NCBI GenBank assembly: GCA_021739695.1
Contig: JAIPBM010000021.1
Location: forward strand, 4,472 to 68,471
Reading direction: 5' to 3'
From: Flavobacteriales bacterium
GTDB lineage: Bacteria > Bacteroidota > Bacteroidia > UBA10329
Length of the DNA: 64,000 nt
Shown: positions 25,569-34,500 of the stretch, piece by piece
Numbering within the stretch: the stretch's first letter is position 1
How the letters are laid out: the number at the start of each line of letters is the position of its first letter
Program-made: the position numbers and the translations under genes
Notes under the pieces: model-generated
Told to the model about the DNA's origin: nothing
The model's database searches: none
What the model saw: the letters and a program-made list of their open reading frames with translations, nothing else

Positions 25569-28500
25569 ATGAGAAATTTTCTTTTCCTATTTGCCGCGCT
25601 CGTACTTGGCACGGTTCAATTTGCGCAAGCGCAGCAGCTCAAATCCTTTACTCACGACAACGAAAAGTACATCACCGAATTGCAAGAGTTCTTTGCAATG
25701 GGCGATCCAAAAGCAGCCAAAAAGCTGATTGAGGAAACCTTTCTTCCTGTTTGGAATAGCGGTCATTACAGTCCGCAGCAGAAGGAGCGGGTTTACAAGA
25801 TTTCGGATCTGATGTTGAAGGAGAAAAAAAAGGCGGTCGATTTTGAAAACTACCTTTTTGCACTCATGAGTTTTGCAAAGAGTATGAAGCCAGCTTCCGA
25901 CTTTGATGCATTTCATGACGGTTTGGAAAAAACCATCACGCAACTTTCAAGAAAGCAGTTTACCGAGTATTTGGAAGTGTGTAAAAGCCTCTTTACTGAT
26001 TACATTCTGTACGATTCTCAGGCCGTGAAATGGGTGGCCAAATTTGATGCTTACAAGATTCAATTCGATTCTTTGCCCAAGATTGTTTTTGGGAAATTGG
26101 ACCTGAAAGCATATTCCAAGCGCGATAGTTCAATCATCTACGGAACGCAAGGAGTCTATTATCCAACACTTACCAAATGGGTGGGCAAAGGCGGAAAAAT
26201 AGATTGGAGCCGTGCTGGATTCGACCCCGCAAAAACCTACGCTGATATTGGGAATTATACCGTTGATGCAACCAAATCAACCTATTCAATAGACTCAGTT
26301 ACGTTCTATCATCCCGACTATCTTGATAGACCACACATTGGTGTTCTCACCGAAAAAATTCTGGCCGATGTGGACGAAGAATCGGCTTCTTATCCTCGAT
26401 TCGATTCTTACGACAAGCGTATCCTTATCAAAGACATGTATAAGGATATCGATTACTCGGGAGGGTTTTCGCAGCACGGAATCAAGTTCATTGGTTCTGG
26501 AGATGCGGATCAAGATGCCACGCTGATATTCAAAAAGATGAATCACCTCACGAAGAAGAATGAAAATTTCATTGCTGCTCGATCTAAATCGTTTGTGATC
26601 CGTCCTGATAAAGTGCTTTCCAAAAAGGCGGAAGTGTCTTTCTATTACGAAGGCGATTCCATTTATCATCCTGGAATTCGGGTGGATTACAATGTGGAAA
26701 AACACGAAGTGGTCTTTGCAAAAGACAAGGAAGGTTCGGGCAGAAGTCCGTTTTACGATACCTACCATAAGGTTGATATGCACGTGGATGCCATTACTTG
26801 GAATATGAGTGCCGATTGGATGACGCTTCAAAATACCACTGGTGGAGCAGAAAGTAGCGCCATGTTTGAGTCTGATGATTATTACGATGAATACCGCTAC
26901 GACCGAATCAGAGGAACTGCGGATATTCATCCACTTTGGAAAATCCGGAACTATGCGAAGGAATTGGGCATGGAGGAGCTGACAGTAGAACAGGTAGCGC
27001 GTCTGTTTAAGTCAGATATCAGTGAAACAAAGGTTTTTCTCATCAATCTGTCAAACTCAGGTTTCATGACATACAACTACGAGAAAGACCTTGTAATGCT
27101 CAAGCCTCGTCTGCATCACTATGTCTTGGCCCGTTCGAAAAAGACAGATTACGACATTCTTCAATTCGAGTCTATTGTAGATGGTTTGCCAAATGCCAAA
27201 CTGAATCTATTGAACTGGGATATGGACATGAATGGAGTTGGTCGCATTTTCCTTTCCGATTCGCAGGATGTGATCGTCTTTCCATACGAGCAGGAATTGA
27301 CACTGAAAAAGAATCGGGATTTCCTTTTCAACGGAAAAGTAGTTGGTGGTAGATTGGACTTCTTTGGAAGCGATTTTTACTTCAGCTATGACGATTTCAA
27401 AATCACCATGAACCAAGTGGATTCATTGCGATTGAAGGTTCCGGATGGCACGCCTGATGACAGCGGAAGGCAACCTTTGCGAGCGGTTAAAACGGTACTT
27501 CGCGATCTGAAAGGAGAACTCTTGGTGGATAGGCCCGATAACAAATCAGGACTCAAAGATCATCCTCGGTATCCCGTGTTCAATAGTACGGACGATTCGT
27601 TCGTGTATTATGACAAGCGTTCAATTCAAGATGGTGCTTATAAGAAAGAGGAGTTTTACATGCACCTTAAGCCATTCAGTATAGACAGTTTGGAGAATTT
27701 TACCAAAGAAGGTTTGGCCTTTGATGGGAATTTTGTGTCAGCCGGTATTTTTCCGGATTTCGAGGAAACGTTAAGACTTCAACCAGACTTTTCTCTTGGT
27801 TTTGTGCGAGAAACTCCGCCAGAAGGTTTAGATACTTATGGTGGAAAAGGAAAATACAAAGCCACTATCAAGCTAAGTCATGAGGGTTTGAGAGGAGATG
27901 GAAATCTGGAATATTTGACATCCATTTCCAAGTCAGATGATTTCCTTTTCTATCCAGATTCTGTAAACGGAGTTGCTCAAGATTTTGTGATAAACAAGCA
28001 AAAGAGCCCAACGCCATATCCGCCAGTTACGGGTGTTGATAGTCGCGTGCATTGGGAGCCGAAACTAGACCACTTCTATGCCTATAAGCTTCAAAACCCC
28101 TTCGATATGTATGAGGGCGAAGTGACACATCATGGCGGCCTCGACCTTTCTCCAAAAGGTCTTGATGGTTTCGGGAATCTCGATTTTGCTGATAGCTACA
28201 TGCGGTCGAACAGATTCAATTTCAAATACAGGGATTTCCATGCGGATACTGCGGATTTCAAATTGAAAGGCGCTTCAGAAAACTCATACGCTTTCAAAAC
28301 AAGCAACGTGAGAATGGACATCAGTTTGGATGACCGACAAGGAAAGTTCAAGTCGAACACGGGAGGCGATTTTGTTGATTTTCCAGTGAATCAATACATC
28401 TGCTACATTGATGAGTTCAAGTGGAACATTGATCAGAAGAATATTGATGTAGTGTCTGATGGCGAAGGCTCACGCTACGTATCCACCAACCCGAAGCAGG

Positions 28501-29987
28501 ATTCGCTTGAGTTCCGCTCTCCGTTAGCAAAATTCAATCTTGATAATTTCATCATTTCCGCCAAAAAAGTGGACCACATTGATGTGGCCGATGCAATCAT
28601 TTATCCTGATAGTGGAAACGTGACCATCCGTGAACAGGCTGCGATGGATCCGTTGGGAAATTCGCGGATTGTGGCCAACCGAATCACCAAGTTTCATACA
28701 TTCTATGAGTCTACTGTAAATGTGCTGGGCAAATGGAAGTACAACGCTAAAGGCAAGTACGATTATGAAGATGTAACGGGTAAAAAACAATTGATTGAAT
28801 TTGCCAAGATCGGTATCGACTCGGCTGGGCAGACTTTTGGTGAGGGAATCATTGCTGAAGAAGCAGCCTTTACGCTCAGTCCAAATTTCGATTACAAGGG
28901 CAAGGCAAAATTGTTTGCCAGTCAGGAGTTTCTCACCTACGATGGTAGTACGCGAATCAAACATGATTGTCCTGGTATTACCCGCGACTGGTTAGCGTTT
29001 GATGCAGATATCGATCCGAAAAACATCTATATTCCGATACCTGCTGAGCCGAAAGATGCCAATGGAATGCCGATGTCTTCAGGTGTTGTTATCAGTAAAG
29101 ATTCTACAACGGTTTATCCAACGTTCCTTTCCAAGAAGATCAAACCGAATGATATTGATATTGTGGCAGCAGAAGGCTATCTCCATTTCGATAACGAGAG
29201 TCAAGAATACCGGATTTCTAACAAGGAAAAATTGCAAGGTGCCGTTGTTGGTGGCAATTACTTGAGTTTAAGCAACGAGTGTATTGCCAGAGGTCAAGGA
29301 AAATTGAACATGGGAATGGATTTCGGGCAAGTTGAATTGACTCCGCTCGGAACGGTTGAGCACAACATGAATAATGATTCAACCAAATTCAATCTATTCC
29401 TTGGTATCGACTTTTTCTTTAATGATGAGTCGCTGAGGATCATGGCCGAGAAGATCAGTAATCACTTCCCTCCATTGGATGCTGTGTTCTATGGAACGGA
29501 ATATGAAAAAGCCTTGATCGAGTTGGTTGGAAAAGACGAAACAACCAAGCTCATCCAAGAGCTCAATCTTTATGGAACTTTCAAAAAGCTACCGAAGGAG
29601 CTTGAAAAAACCATGTTCCTTACAGATGTGGAACTTGTTTGGAACCCAACTACTGGATCGTATCGCTATAAAGGATTCATCGGTATTTCCAGTGTTGGAA
29701 AATTCCAGGTCAATAAGATGGTTTACGGATTGGTTGAGCTCACCAAAAAGCGTAATGGCGATGAACTTTCGGTTTATTTTGAGCCGAGTGATGACAGTTG
29801 GTTTTTCTTCAACTATAAACGAGGAATGCTTGGTGCATTCTCTTCGAACGATGATTTCAACGCACAGATTCGTGATACGAAAGACGATAAGCGCACACAG
29901 AAAGGGGAGAAGGGAAAGCCAAATATTACCTACGTCCTATCAACAGCGATCCAAAGAAGAAATTTTGTGCGTTCGTTTGAAGAATGA
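25569..29987 (+). CDS. large secreted uncharacterised protein (1472 aa)
   Basis: Uninterrupted 4.4 kb ORF with a signal peptide (MRNFLFLFAALVLGTVQFAQAQ), rich in Tyr, Asp, Lys and Phe. I recognise no catalytic motif. Confidence 0.6.
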   Translation: MRNFLFLFAALVLGTVQFAQAQQLKSFTHDNEKYITELQEFFAMGDPKAAKKLIEETFLPVWNSGHYSPQQKERVYKISDLMLKEKKKAVDFENYLFALMSFAKSMKPASDFDAFHDGLEKTITQLSRKQFTEYLEVCKSLFTDYILYDSQAVKWVAKFDAYKIQFDSLPKIVFGKLDLKAYSKRDSSIIYGTQGVYYPTLTKWVGKGGKIDWSRAGFDPAKTYADIGNYTVDATKSTYSIDSVTFYHPDYLDRPHIGVLTEKILADVDEESASYPRFDSYDKRILIKDMYKDIDYSGGFSQHGIKFIGSGDADQDATLIFKKMNHLTKKNENFIAARSKSFVIRPDKVLSKKAEVSFYYEGDSIYHPGIRVDYNVEKHEVVFAKDKEGSGRSPFYDTYHKVDMHVDAITWNMSADWMTLQNTTGGAESSAMFESDDYYDEYRYDRIRGTADIHPLWKIRNYAKELGMEELTVEQVARLFKSDISETKVFLINLSNSGFMTYNYEKDLVMLKPRLHHYVLARSKKTDYDILQFESIVDGLPNAKLNLLNWDMDMNGVGRIFLSDSQDVIVFPYEQELTLKKNRDFLFNGKVVGGRLDFFGSDFYFSYDDFKITMNQVDSLRLKVPDGTPDDSGRQPLRAVKTVLRDLKGELLVDRPDNKSGLKDHPRYPVFNSTDDSFVYYDKRSIQDGAYKKEEFYMHLKPFSIDSLENFTKEGLAFDGNFVSAGIFPDFEETLRLQPDFSLGFVRETPPEGLDTYGGKGKYKATIKLSHEGLRGDGNLEYLTSISKSDDFLFYPDSVNGVAQDFVINKQKSPTPYPPVTGVDSRVHWEPKLDHFYAYKLQNPFDMYEGEVTHHGGLDLSPKGLDGFGNLDFADSYMRSNRFNFKYRDFHADTADFKLKGASENSYAFKTSNVRMDISLDDRQGKFKSNTGGDFVDFPVNQYICYIDEFKWNIDQKNIDVVSDGEGSRYVSTNPKQDSLEFRSPLAKFNLDNFIISAKKVDHIDVADAIIYPDSGNVTIREQAAMDPLGNSRIVANRITKFHTFYESTVNVLGKWKYNAKGKYDYEDVTGKKQLIEFAKIGIDSAGQTFGEGIIAEEAAFTLSPNFDYKGKAKLFASQEFLTYDGSTRIKHDCPGITRDWLAFDADIDPKNIYIPIPAEPKDANGMPMSSGVVISKDSTTVYPTFLSKKIKPNDIDIVAAEGYLHFDNESQEYRISNKEKLQGAVVGGNYLSLSNECIARGQGKLNMGMDFGQVELTPLGTVEHNMNNDSTKFNLFLGIDFFFNDESLRIMAEKISNHFPPLDAVFYGTEYEKALIELVGKDETTKLIQELNLYGTFKKLPKELEKTMFLTDVELVWNPTTGSYRYKGFIGISSVGKFQVNKMVYGLVELTKKRNGDELSVYFEPSDDSWFFFNYKRGMLGAFSSNDDFNAQIRDTKDDKRTQKGEKGKPNITYVLSTAIQRRNFVRSFEE

Positions 29988-30020
29988 TCTGCTTATATTT
30001 GCAGCCCCAAAAAACGGGAT

Positions 30021-30094
30021 GGCTATGTAGCTCAACTGGATAGAGCACCTCACTACGGATGAGGAGGTTTGGGGTTCGAATCCCTACATGGTCA
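30021..30094 (+). tRNA. tRNA-Arg (anticodon ACG)
   Basis: Hand-folded cloverleaf. Acceptor GGCTATG/CATGGTC with two G-U pairs. D-arm GCTC-aactggata-GAGC. Anticodon stem CCTCA/TGAGG with loop cTACGga. T-arm TGGGG-ttcgaat-CCCTA. Discriminator A. CCA is not encoded. Confidence 0.8.
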
Positions 30095-30105
30095 CAATAA
30101 GAAAA

Positions 30106-30128
30106 GGAGGCAATTGCCTCCTTTTTTT
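30106..30128 (+). terminator. rho-independent terminator after tRNA-Arg
   Basis: GGAGGC-(aatt)-GCCTCC perfect hairpin followed by TTTTTTT. Confidence 0.7.
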
Positions 30129-30182
30129 ATTGTTGACCGCAACGTGTCACTTTATTTACATTTGCAGTCAAACGCATTAACC

Positions 30183-30716
30183 TTGTTTAAAAACAGATTC
30201 AGAAGCTTACTGGTGATAACGGCCAGTTTAACCTTGGTCACTTCCTGTAGTAAGAAGTTGATGTCGGTATTGGTGGAAAATCCCAATGGCAACGTTGAAC
30301 TCATTTATGCGGGTACTGAGTCTCCAGATAATTTAGTCAAGGAAATCAGATTTTATCCTAGTGGAGATACCCTGTCGGTTACACCTATGAAAAAGGGTTC
30401 GGTTCATGGTGTCGTTGAGTTCTACTATCCCAACAATACGCTCAAAGAGCAAACTTCATTTGTTGATGGCAAGCAGAATGGAGCATTCAAAAGGTATGGA
30501 ACAGATGGCACCCTTGTTTTTGAAGGACAATTGACAAATGGTCAAAAAGACGGTGTTTGGACAACTTGGTTTGATGAGGTCCAGATGTCGGAGCAAGGCG
30601 CTTATTCCAATGGTGAGCGCCAAGGAAAGTGGACCTATTGGTTTTTGGACGGCAATATGAAGCGTGAGGAGGTCTACGAACTTGGCAAGCTCATTGAAGA
30701 GAAGAATTTCAACTAA
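30183..30716 (+). CDS. YwqK/MORN-variant repeat lipoprotein
   Basis: Lipoprotein signal peptide (LLVITASLTLVTSC) followed by G-x-W-x-x-(W/Y) MORN-like repeats (KQNGAFKRYGTDG, QKDGVWTTWFDE, ERQGKWTYWFLDGN). The track ORF starts at an ATG inside the tRNA (30069). A TTG at 30183 after the tRNA terminator is the more likely start, but it is uncertain. Confidence 0.55.
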   Translation: MFKNRFRSLLVITASLTLVTSCSKKLMSVLVENPNGNVELIYAGTESPDNLVKEIRFYPSGDTLSVTPMKKGSVHGVVEFYYPNNTLKEQTSFVDGKQNGAFKRYGTDGTLVFEGQLTNGQKDGVWTTWFDEVQMSEQGAYSNGERQGKWTYWFLDGNMKREEVYELGKLIEEKNFN

Positions 30717-30728
30717 CCCCAAATTACG

Positions 30729-31502
30729 ATGAGAATCCTGCTTTTAATCCTTTTTGTGCTTCCACATTTGGCCATAGGTCAAGAAACTGTTAAAGATTAT
30801 TACGAATCCAAACGTTTGAAATCGGTTGCAACAACCAAAGATGGAGTTTTGAACGGGATCTATACCGAATGGTACGAGAACGGTAGCAAGAAATCTGAAG
30901 GATTATATAAAGAAGGGAAGAAACAAGGGAAGTGGCAAGAGTGGTACCAGAACGGAAAACTTTGGTCATTGTCCTATTTTGAAAATGACATACCGAACGG
31001 TCGCTACGAAGATTACGACATGAACGGTGCGAAGGTGGAAGAGGGAAATATGCTCAACGGGGTGCCAAACGGACCATTTTTCACATGGTACAATGATGGA
31101 AAACCAAGGAGTGAAGGCAGTTTGAAAGACGGTACGAAGGTGGGAGTTTGGACCACCTATTACGAAGATGGAGCCGTAAAAGACAAAGGAGAGTATAAAA
31201 TGAATACCCGAGTAGGAACGTGGGAAGAGTGGCATCCCAACGGTAAATTAAGTTCAAGAGGAGTTTATTTTGCGGGAATTCCTCATGGAATGTGGACATA
31301 TTGGTTTGATAGTGGAAGAAAGTCTAAGGAAGGCGAGTATTTTGAAGGCAGTTTGAAAGGAGTTTGGATTGAATGGCATGATAACGGCCAAATGAAAAGC
31401 AAAGGCAACTACAAGGGTGAGCAAAAAGTTGGTAAATGGCAATATTGGTCACCTTTTGGCGAGTTGGAAAAGGAGGAATCTCACCCTGTGCCGGATCAAT
31501 AA
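30729..31502 (+). CDS. YwqK/MORN-variant repeat protein, tandem paralog
   Basis: Signal peptide followed by about eight repeats of the form NG-x-(Y/W)-x-x-(W/Y)-(Y/H)-x-NG-x-x-K-x-EG-x-Y-K. Confidence 0.65.
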   Translation: MRILLLILFVLPHLAIGQETVKDYYESKRLKSVATTKDGVLNGIYTEWYENGSKKSEGLYKEGKKQGKWQEWYQNGKLWSLSYFENDIPNGRYEDYDMNGAKVEEGNMLNGVPNGPFFTWYNDGKPRSEGSLKDGTKVGVWTTYYEDGAVKDKGEYKMNTRVGTWEEWHPNGKLSSRGVYFAGIPHGMWTYWFDSGRKSKEGEYFEGSLKGVWIEWHDNGQMKSKGNYKGEQKVGKWQYWSPFGELEKEESHPVPDQ

Positions 31503-31585
31503 CGTTAGAACAGTATTGGGATTTAAAAAAGCTGCGTAATTTTCCATTTCTTTAAAGCTTGCAAACCAACTTAAGCTAGAGATTT

Positions 31586-34500
31586 GTGAAACGACTTCTA
31601 CTCTTATTCTCAACCATATTTTTTCTTGGATTCCAAAATGCTTCAGCAACACATATTGTTGGTGGTGAGCTCGTGTACAATTACCTTGGAAATAGCCAAT
31701 ATGCCGTAACACTTGTGATTTACCGCGACTGTCTAAGTGGTACTGCGGATTTTGATGATCCTGCTGCTGTCGGTATTTTCAATTCGAGTGGAACGCTACT
31801 TCAGAATCTGAATTTCAACCTTGATTCGGTTGTTTCTATACAATCATCAATCAACTCGAGCTGTGTAACAGCCCCTAGTAATGTTTGTACAGAAGCGGGT
31901 TATTACACCGAGATTGTCACTTTACCGCCAATAGCTGGAGGTTACACTATTTCGTATCAACGTTGCTGCAGAAATGCAGTTGTTCAGAATATTCAAAACC
32001 CCGGTGATGTGGGTGCTACATATGTAGCTACCATTCCAGGAACTGAGTCAAGTCCTGCAAATAGTAGCCCATTCTGGAATAATCTTCCCCCGTTGTACGT
32101 CTGTGTGAATTTGCCGTGGCAGTTCAATCATTCTGCGTTTGATGCCGATGGTGATGTGTTGGTTTACTCCTTGTGCAACCCTTACGAAGGCGCAACGGCC
32201 AATGCTCCTCAACCAGATCCGCCAGCCGCACCACCTTACACACCTATAACTTGGGCTGCGCCTTATAGTTTAACTGATATGATGGGCGGAACTGTTCCAT
32301 TAACCATTGATCCAGTAACAGGCGAGCTAAATGCCACTCCCACCAGCGTTGGTACTTATGTTATTGGTATGTGTGTGCAAGAATATCGTAACGGTGTTTT
32401 ACTAGGAGAAACCAGACGAGGAATTCAAGTTAATGTGGTGAATTGTCAAGCACCCGTTGCTTTTCCAGATGATGTCAACGAAATCTCACCGACCTCATTC
32501 ATTAATTGTACTGAATTTGTAGAGTTCAATGCCTTTAATTCTGCAGGATTCAGTGTGTGGTGGGATTTTGGAGATCCAACTACGACAAGTGACCAGTCCA
32601 CAATCCAAAATCCTACTTGGACTTACCCAGGGCCGGGGGTTTACGACCTAACACTCGTTGTCTACAATCCGATCAACCCTAACGACCCACTTTGTACTGA
32701 TACTGTGGTTCAGCAGGTTACGGTTCAAGACACGGTTATTCCTGATGCAGGACCAGATCAATCAACATGCCCTGGTATTCCTGTCCAAATTGGAACACCG
32801 GCAGTACCAGGATGGACCTATCAGTGGACGCCTGCTACAGGCTTGGATAATGCAAATATTGCTCAGCCAACTGCGAGCATTACCCAACAAATAGTTTATA
32901 CTTTGACCGCGACAGATGCGGTTGGCTGTTCGGGAAGTGATGCCGTCACCATCGGTCTTCTTTCAAACCCTGGCGCTAATGCAGGGGCCGATGTACAGAT
33001 CTGTTCCGGGGATTCGGTTCAGCTGAATGCCACTGGAGGTGTTGATTATTTGTGGTTCCCGTTCACTTTCATCGATGACAACACAATCGCGAACCCGTTC
33101 GTGTTCCCACCTACATCTACCGAATATATTGTCGGAGTGACCAGTAGTGATGGTTGCGTTGGGGTGGATACGGTTTTGGTTGAAGTATTGAGTGCTCAAC
33201 TGCAAGTTTCCAGTAATGTGGATATCTGTTTCGGAGATTCCACGCAACTTTCTGCTAGTGGGGCAGTCACTTATTTGTGGAGTCCTAATCAGGATATCAG
33301 TGATGTGAACAGTTCTTCACCATTTGTTTCTCCAACGGTAACCACTATTTACACGGTTGATGCTATTACTGGCAATGGATGTGAAGTTTCTGGGGCTGTA
33401 GAAGTAACGGTTAATGCTTTGCCGAACGTCAATGCTGGCTTAGATGTATCGATTTGCGATGGTGAATCTACGTTGCTCGGAGCAATCGGAGCTAATTCAT
33501 ACACTTGGAGTCCTTCTGCTTCTTTGGATAATCCAAATAGCCAAGGACCGCTTGCTTCGCCAGTATCAACTACAACATATGTGGTCGAAGGCACAAGTTC
33601 TTTAGGCTGTACAGACCTAGACACAGTCGTAGTGACGGTCAACGCATTGCCACTTGTCAATGCGGGAGTGGATCAGACCCTCTGTCTTGGACAGTCAGTA
33701 CAATTGACAGTCACAGGAGCAGATACCTATCAGTGGACACCATCAACTGGACTTAGTGACTCCAACATTCCGAACCCGACCGCTCAACCAACGCAGGCGA
33801 CCACCTATGTTGTGGAAGGTACAGATGTGAACGGCTGCACAGGCACCGATACGGTTCTGGTCGATGTGTTCACCGTAAGTGCCACGGCCGATACGACCAT
33901 CTGCATCGGAGATCAGGCACAACTTGGAGCATTTGGCGGCACCAGCTGGAGTTGGACACCGACCACGGGACTATCCGATCCGAGCGCACAGTTTCCAACA
34001 GCTGATCCAACAACAACTACAACCTATACGGTAATAGCGGATGACGGCACAGGCTGTCTGGCCAGCGATGATGTCACAGTAACGGTCAGTCCGCTTCCGA
34101 CCGTATTTGCAGGCTTCGACCAAGGCGTATGTGCAGGCAATCAGGCACAGTTGAACGCCACAGGCGGAGTAGGCTACGTATGGACACCGGCCGCAGGACT
34201 TAGCAACCCGAACATCTCGAACCCTGTTGTCACCTTCAGTACAGACACCATCACCTATCAAGTGACCGTCACGGATAATATCGGATGCTCCAATACCGAT
34301 GCGGTGACCGTCTGGCAAGAGCCACTACCAGAGGCATTGGCAGGTCCCGACACCACCATCTGCGTGGGCGGAAGTGTTGAACTGTTCGCCACAGGCGGAC
34401 AGACCTACATCTGGAGCCCTACCTCAGGATTGAACAACCCGACATCACAGAACCCCACGGCCACTCCGCTCACCACGACCACCTACACGGTCACGGTAGG

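Noticed and set aside
26295-26930. 211-aa minus-strand ORF inside the 1472-aa gene
   Set aside because: Antisense shadow ORF. The long plus-strand frame is the coding one.
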